NCBI GenBank assembly: GCA_965603825.1 | Contig: CBFDEM010000033.1 | Span: forward strand, 719,601 to 783,600 | From: Blepharisma stoltei ATCC 30299 | Taxonomy: Eukaryota > Protista > Ciliophora | Direction of reading: 5' to 3' | DNA length: 64,000 bases | Part shown: positions 60,833 through 64,000 of the stretch, piece by piece | How the letters are laid out: each line of letters begins with the position of its first letter | Numbering within the stretch: position 1 is the stretch's first letter | Translations under genes and position numbers: made by a program | Notes under the pieces: generated by a model | Databases searched by the model: none | What the model saw: the letters and a program-made list of their open reading frames with translations, nothing else | What the model was told of the DNA's origin: nothing

Positions 60833-63800
60833 TGTTAGGGTGTTAGGGTGTTAGGGTGTTAGGGTGTTAGGGTGTTAGGGTGTTAGGGTGTTAGGGTGTT
60901 AGGGTGTTAGGGTGTTAGGGTGTTAGGGTGTTAGGGTGTTAGGGTGTTAGGGTGTTAGGGTGTTAGGGTGTTAGGGTGTTAGGGTGTTAGGGTGTTAGGG
61001 TGTTAGGGTGTTAGGGTGTTAGGGTGTTAGGGTGTTAGGGTGTTAGGGTGTTAGGGTGTTAGGGTGTTAGGGTGTTAGGGTGTTAGGGTGTTAGGGTGTT
61101 AGGGTGTTAGGGTGTTAGGGTGTTAGGGTGTTAGGGTGTTAGGGTGTTAGGGTGTTAGGGTGTTAGGGTGTTAGGGTGTTAGGGTGTTAGGGTGTTAGGG
61201 TGTTAGGGTGTTAGGGTGTTAGGGTGTTAGGGTGTTAGGGTGTTAGGGTGTTAGGGTGTTAGGGTGTTAGGGTGTTAGGGTGTTAGGGTGTTAGGGTGTT
61301 AGGGTGTTAGGGTGTTAGGGTGTTAGGGTGTTAGGGTGTTAGGGTGTTAGGGTGTTAGGGTGTTAGGGTGTTAGGGTGTTAGGGTGTTAGGGTGTTAGGG
61401 TGTTAGGGTGTTAGGGTGTTAGGGTGTTAGGGTGTTAGGGTGTTAGGGTGTTAGGGTGTTAGGGTGTTAGGGTGTTAGGGTGTTAGGGTGTTAGGGTGTT
61501 AGGGTGTTAGGGTGTTAGGGTGTTAGGGTGTTAGGGTGTTAGGGTGTTAGGGTGTTAGGGTGTTAGGGTGTTAGGGTGTTAGGGTGTTAGGGTGTTAGGG
61601 TGTTAGGGTGTTAGGGTGTTAGGGTGTTAGGGTGTTAGGGTGTTAGGGTGTTAGGGTGTTAGGGTGTTAGGGTGTTAGGGTGTTAGGGTGTTAGGGTGTT
61701 AGGGTGTTAGGGTGTTAGGGTGTTAGGGTGTTAGGGTGTTAGGGTGTTAGGGTGTTAGGGTGTTAGGGTGTTAGGGTGTTAGGGTGTTAGGGTGTTAGGG
61801 TGTTAGGGTGTTAGGGTGTTAGGGTGTTAGGGTGTTAGGGTGTTAGGGTGTTAGGGTGTTAGGGTGTTAGGGTGTTAGGGTGTTAGGGTGTTAGGGTGTT
61901 AGGGTGTTAGGGTGTTAGGGTGTTAGGGTGTTAGGGTGTTAGGGTGTTAGGGTGTTAGGGTGTTAGGGTGTTAGGGTGTTAGGGTGTTAGGGTGTTAGGG
62001 TGTTAGGGTGTTAGGGTGTTAGGGTGTTAGGGTGTTAGGGTGTTAGGGTGTTAGGGTGTTAGGGTGTTAGGGTGTTAGGGTGTTAGGGTGTTAGGGTGTT
62101 AGGGTGTTAGGGTGTTAGGGTGTTAGGGTGTTAGGGTGTTAGGGTGTTAGGGTGTTAGGGTGTTAGGGTGTTAGGGTGTTAGGGTGTTAGGGTGTTAGGG
62201 TGTTAGGGTGTTAGGGTGTTAGGGTGTTAGGGTGTTAGGGTGTTAGGGTGTTAGGGTGTTAGGGTGTTAGGGTGTTAGGGTGTTAGGGTGTTAGGGTGTT
62301 AGGTGTAGGGTGTTAGGGTGTTAGGGTGTTAGGGTGTTAGGGTGTTAGGGTGTTAGGGTGTTAGGGTGTTAGGGTGTTAGGGTGTTAGGGTGTTAGGGTG
62401 TTAGGGTGTTAGGGTGTTAGGGTGTTAGGGTGTTAGGGTGTTAGGGTGTTAGGGTGTTAGGGTGTTAGGGTGTTAGGGTGTTAGGGTGTTAGGGTGTTAG
62501 GGTGTTAGGGTGTTAGGGTGTTAGGGTGTTAGGGTGTTAGGGTGTTAGGGTGTTAGGGTGTTAGGGTGTTAGGGTGTTAGGGTGTTAGGGGTAGGGTGTT
62601 AGGGTGTTAGGGTGTTAGGGTGTTAGGGTGTTAGGGTGTTAGGGTGTTAGGGTGTTAGGGTGTTAGGGTGTTAGGGTGTTAGGGTGTTAGGGTGTTAGGG
62701 TGTTAGGGTGTTAGGGTGTTAGGGTGTTAGGGTGTTAGGGTGTTAGGGTGTTAGGGTGTTAGGGTGTTAGGGTGTTAGGGTGTTAGGGTGTTAGGGTGTT
62801 AGGGTGTTAGGGTGTTAGGGTGTTAGGGTGTTAGGGTGTTAGGGTGTTAGGGTGTTAGGGGTGTTAGGGTGTTAGGGTGTTAGGGTGTTAGGGTGTTAGG
62901 GTGTTAGGGTGTTAGGGTGTTAGGGTGTTAGGGTGTTAGGGTGTTAGGGTGTTAGGGTGTTAGGGTGTTAGGGTGTTAGGGTGTTAGGGTGTTAGGGTGT
63001 TAGGGTGTTAGGGTGTTAGGGTGTTAGGGTGTTAGGGTGTTAGGGTGTTAGGGTGTTAGGGTGTTAGGGTGTTAGGGTGTTAGGGTGTTAGGGTGTTAGG
63101 GTGTTAGGGTGTTAGGGTGTTAGGGTGTTAGGGTGTTAGGGTGTTAGGGTGTTAGGGTGTTAGGGTGTTAGGGTGTTAGGGTGTTAGGGTGTTAGGGTGT
63201 TAGGGTGTTAGGGTGTTAGGGTGTTAGGGTGTTAGGGTGTTAGGGTGTTAGGGTGTTAGGGTGTTAGGGTGTTAGGGTGTTAGGGTGTTAGGGTGTTAGG
63301 GTGTTAGGTGTTAGGGTGTTAGGGTGTTAGGGTGTTAGGGTGTTAGGGTGTTAGGGTGTTAGGGTGTTAGGGTGTTAGGGTGTTAGGGTGTTAGGGTGTT
63401 AGGGTGTTAGGGTGTTAGGGTGTTAGGGTGTTAGGGTGTTAGGGTGTTAGGGTGTTAGGGTGTTAGGGTGTTAGGGTGTTAGGGTGTTAGGGTGTTAGGG
63501 TGTTAGGGTGTTAGGGTGTTAGGGTGTTAGGGTGTTAGGGTGTTAGGGTGTTAGGGTGTTAGGGTGTTAGGGTGTTAGGGTGTTAGGGTGTTAGGGTGTT
63601 AGGGTGTTAGGGTGTTAGGGTGTTAGGGTGTTAGGGTGTTAGGGTGTTAGGGTGTTAGGGTGTTAGGGTGTTAGGGTGTTAGGGTGTTAGGGTGTTAGGG
63701 TGTTAGGGTGTTAGGGTGTTAGGGTGTTAGGGTGTTAGGGTGTTAGGGTGTTAGGGTGTTAGGGTGTTAGGGTGTTAGGGTGTTAGGGTGTTAGGGTGTT

Positions 63801-64000
63801 AGGGTGTTAGGGTGTTAGGGTGTTAGGGTGTTAGGGTGTTAGGGTGTTAGGGTGTTAGGGTGTTAGGGTGTTAGGGTGTTAGGGTGTTAGGGTGTTAGGG
63901 TGTTAGGGTGTTAGGGTGTTAGGGTGTTAGGGTGTTAGGGTGTTAGGGTGTTAGGGTGTTAGGGTGTTAGGGTGTTAGGGTGTTAGGGTGTTAGGGTGTT
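60833..64000 (+). repeat. Telomere, (TGTTAGGG)n / (CCCTAACA)n, ~395 units, runs to the window end
   Basis: Near-perfect 8-mer array with the G-rich strand running 5'->3' to the end; heterotrich (Stentor/Blepharisma) telomere unit. Confidence 0.98.

Noticed and set aside
60833-64000. CRISPR array or satellite
   Set aside because: No spacers; a terminal G-strand 8-mer identical to the heterotrich telomere unit.

Overview
Gene-dense, AT-rich eukaryotic chromosome end, almost certainly from the macronuclear genome of a heterotrich ciliate of the genus Blepharisma. Three signatures support this. (1) The window ends in >=3.1 kb of (TGTTAGGG)n = CCCTAACA telomere from 60833. (2) About 40 in-frame TGA codons read as Trp, while TAA and TAG are the stops; several TGAs sit at invariant Trp positions, and one paralog has TGG at the same site. 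(3) Introns are spliceosomal GT-AG, only 15-16 nt long, with A at position 10. The supplied ORF track (standard code, no splicing) therefore fragments most genes. After recoding there are about 30 genes: a CDKL5-like kinase plus an adjacent decayed duplicate, a TM RING-H2 ligase, a mitochondrial carrier, a ~4196-aa cytoplasmic dynein-2 heavy chain, a ClC channel, nicalin, a DENN protein, a long coiled-coil protein, a Cys-rich zinc-finger protein, a bacterial-type SAM methyltransferase, a stand-alone NPC1-NTD membrane protein, an RA-PH protein, TMEM131, an ankyrin-AGC kinase, a TPR-IQ protein and a subtelomeric pentapeptide-WD40 gene. Best novelty candidates: (a) three paralogous small proteins with a tandem C-x-H...YA[RK]xxC-xx-CY zinc-finger-like domain and a shared upstream motif; (b) three divergent secreted low-complexity proteins, each preceded by the same 16-nt element TAT[GC]CGTTTTCCAATA just before the ATG; (c) 10-20 bp gaps between tandem genes; (d) strongly gene-dependent UGA/UGG usage. 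All calls are from reading the sequence by eye; no searches were run.
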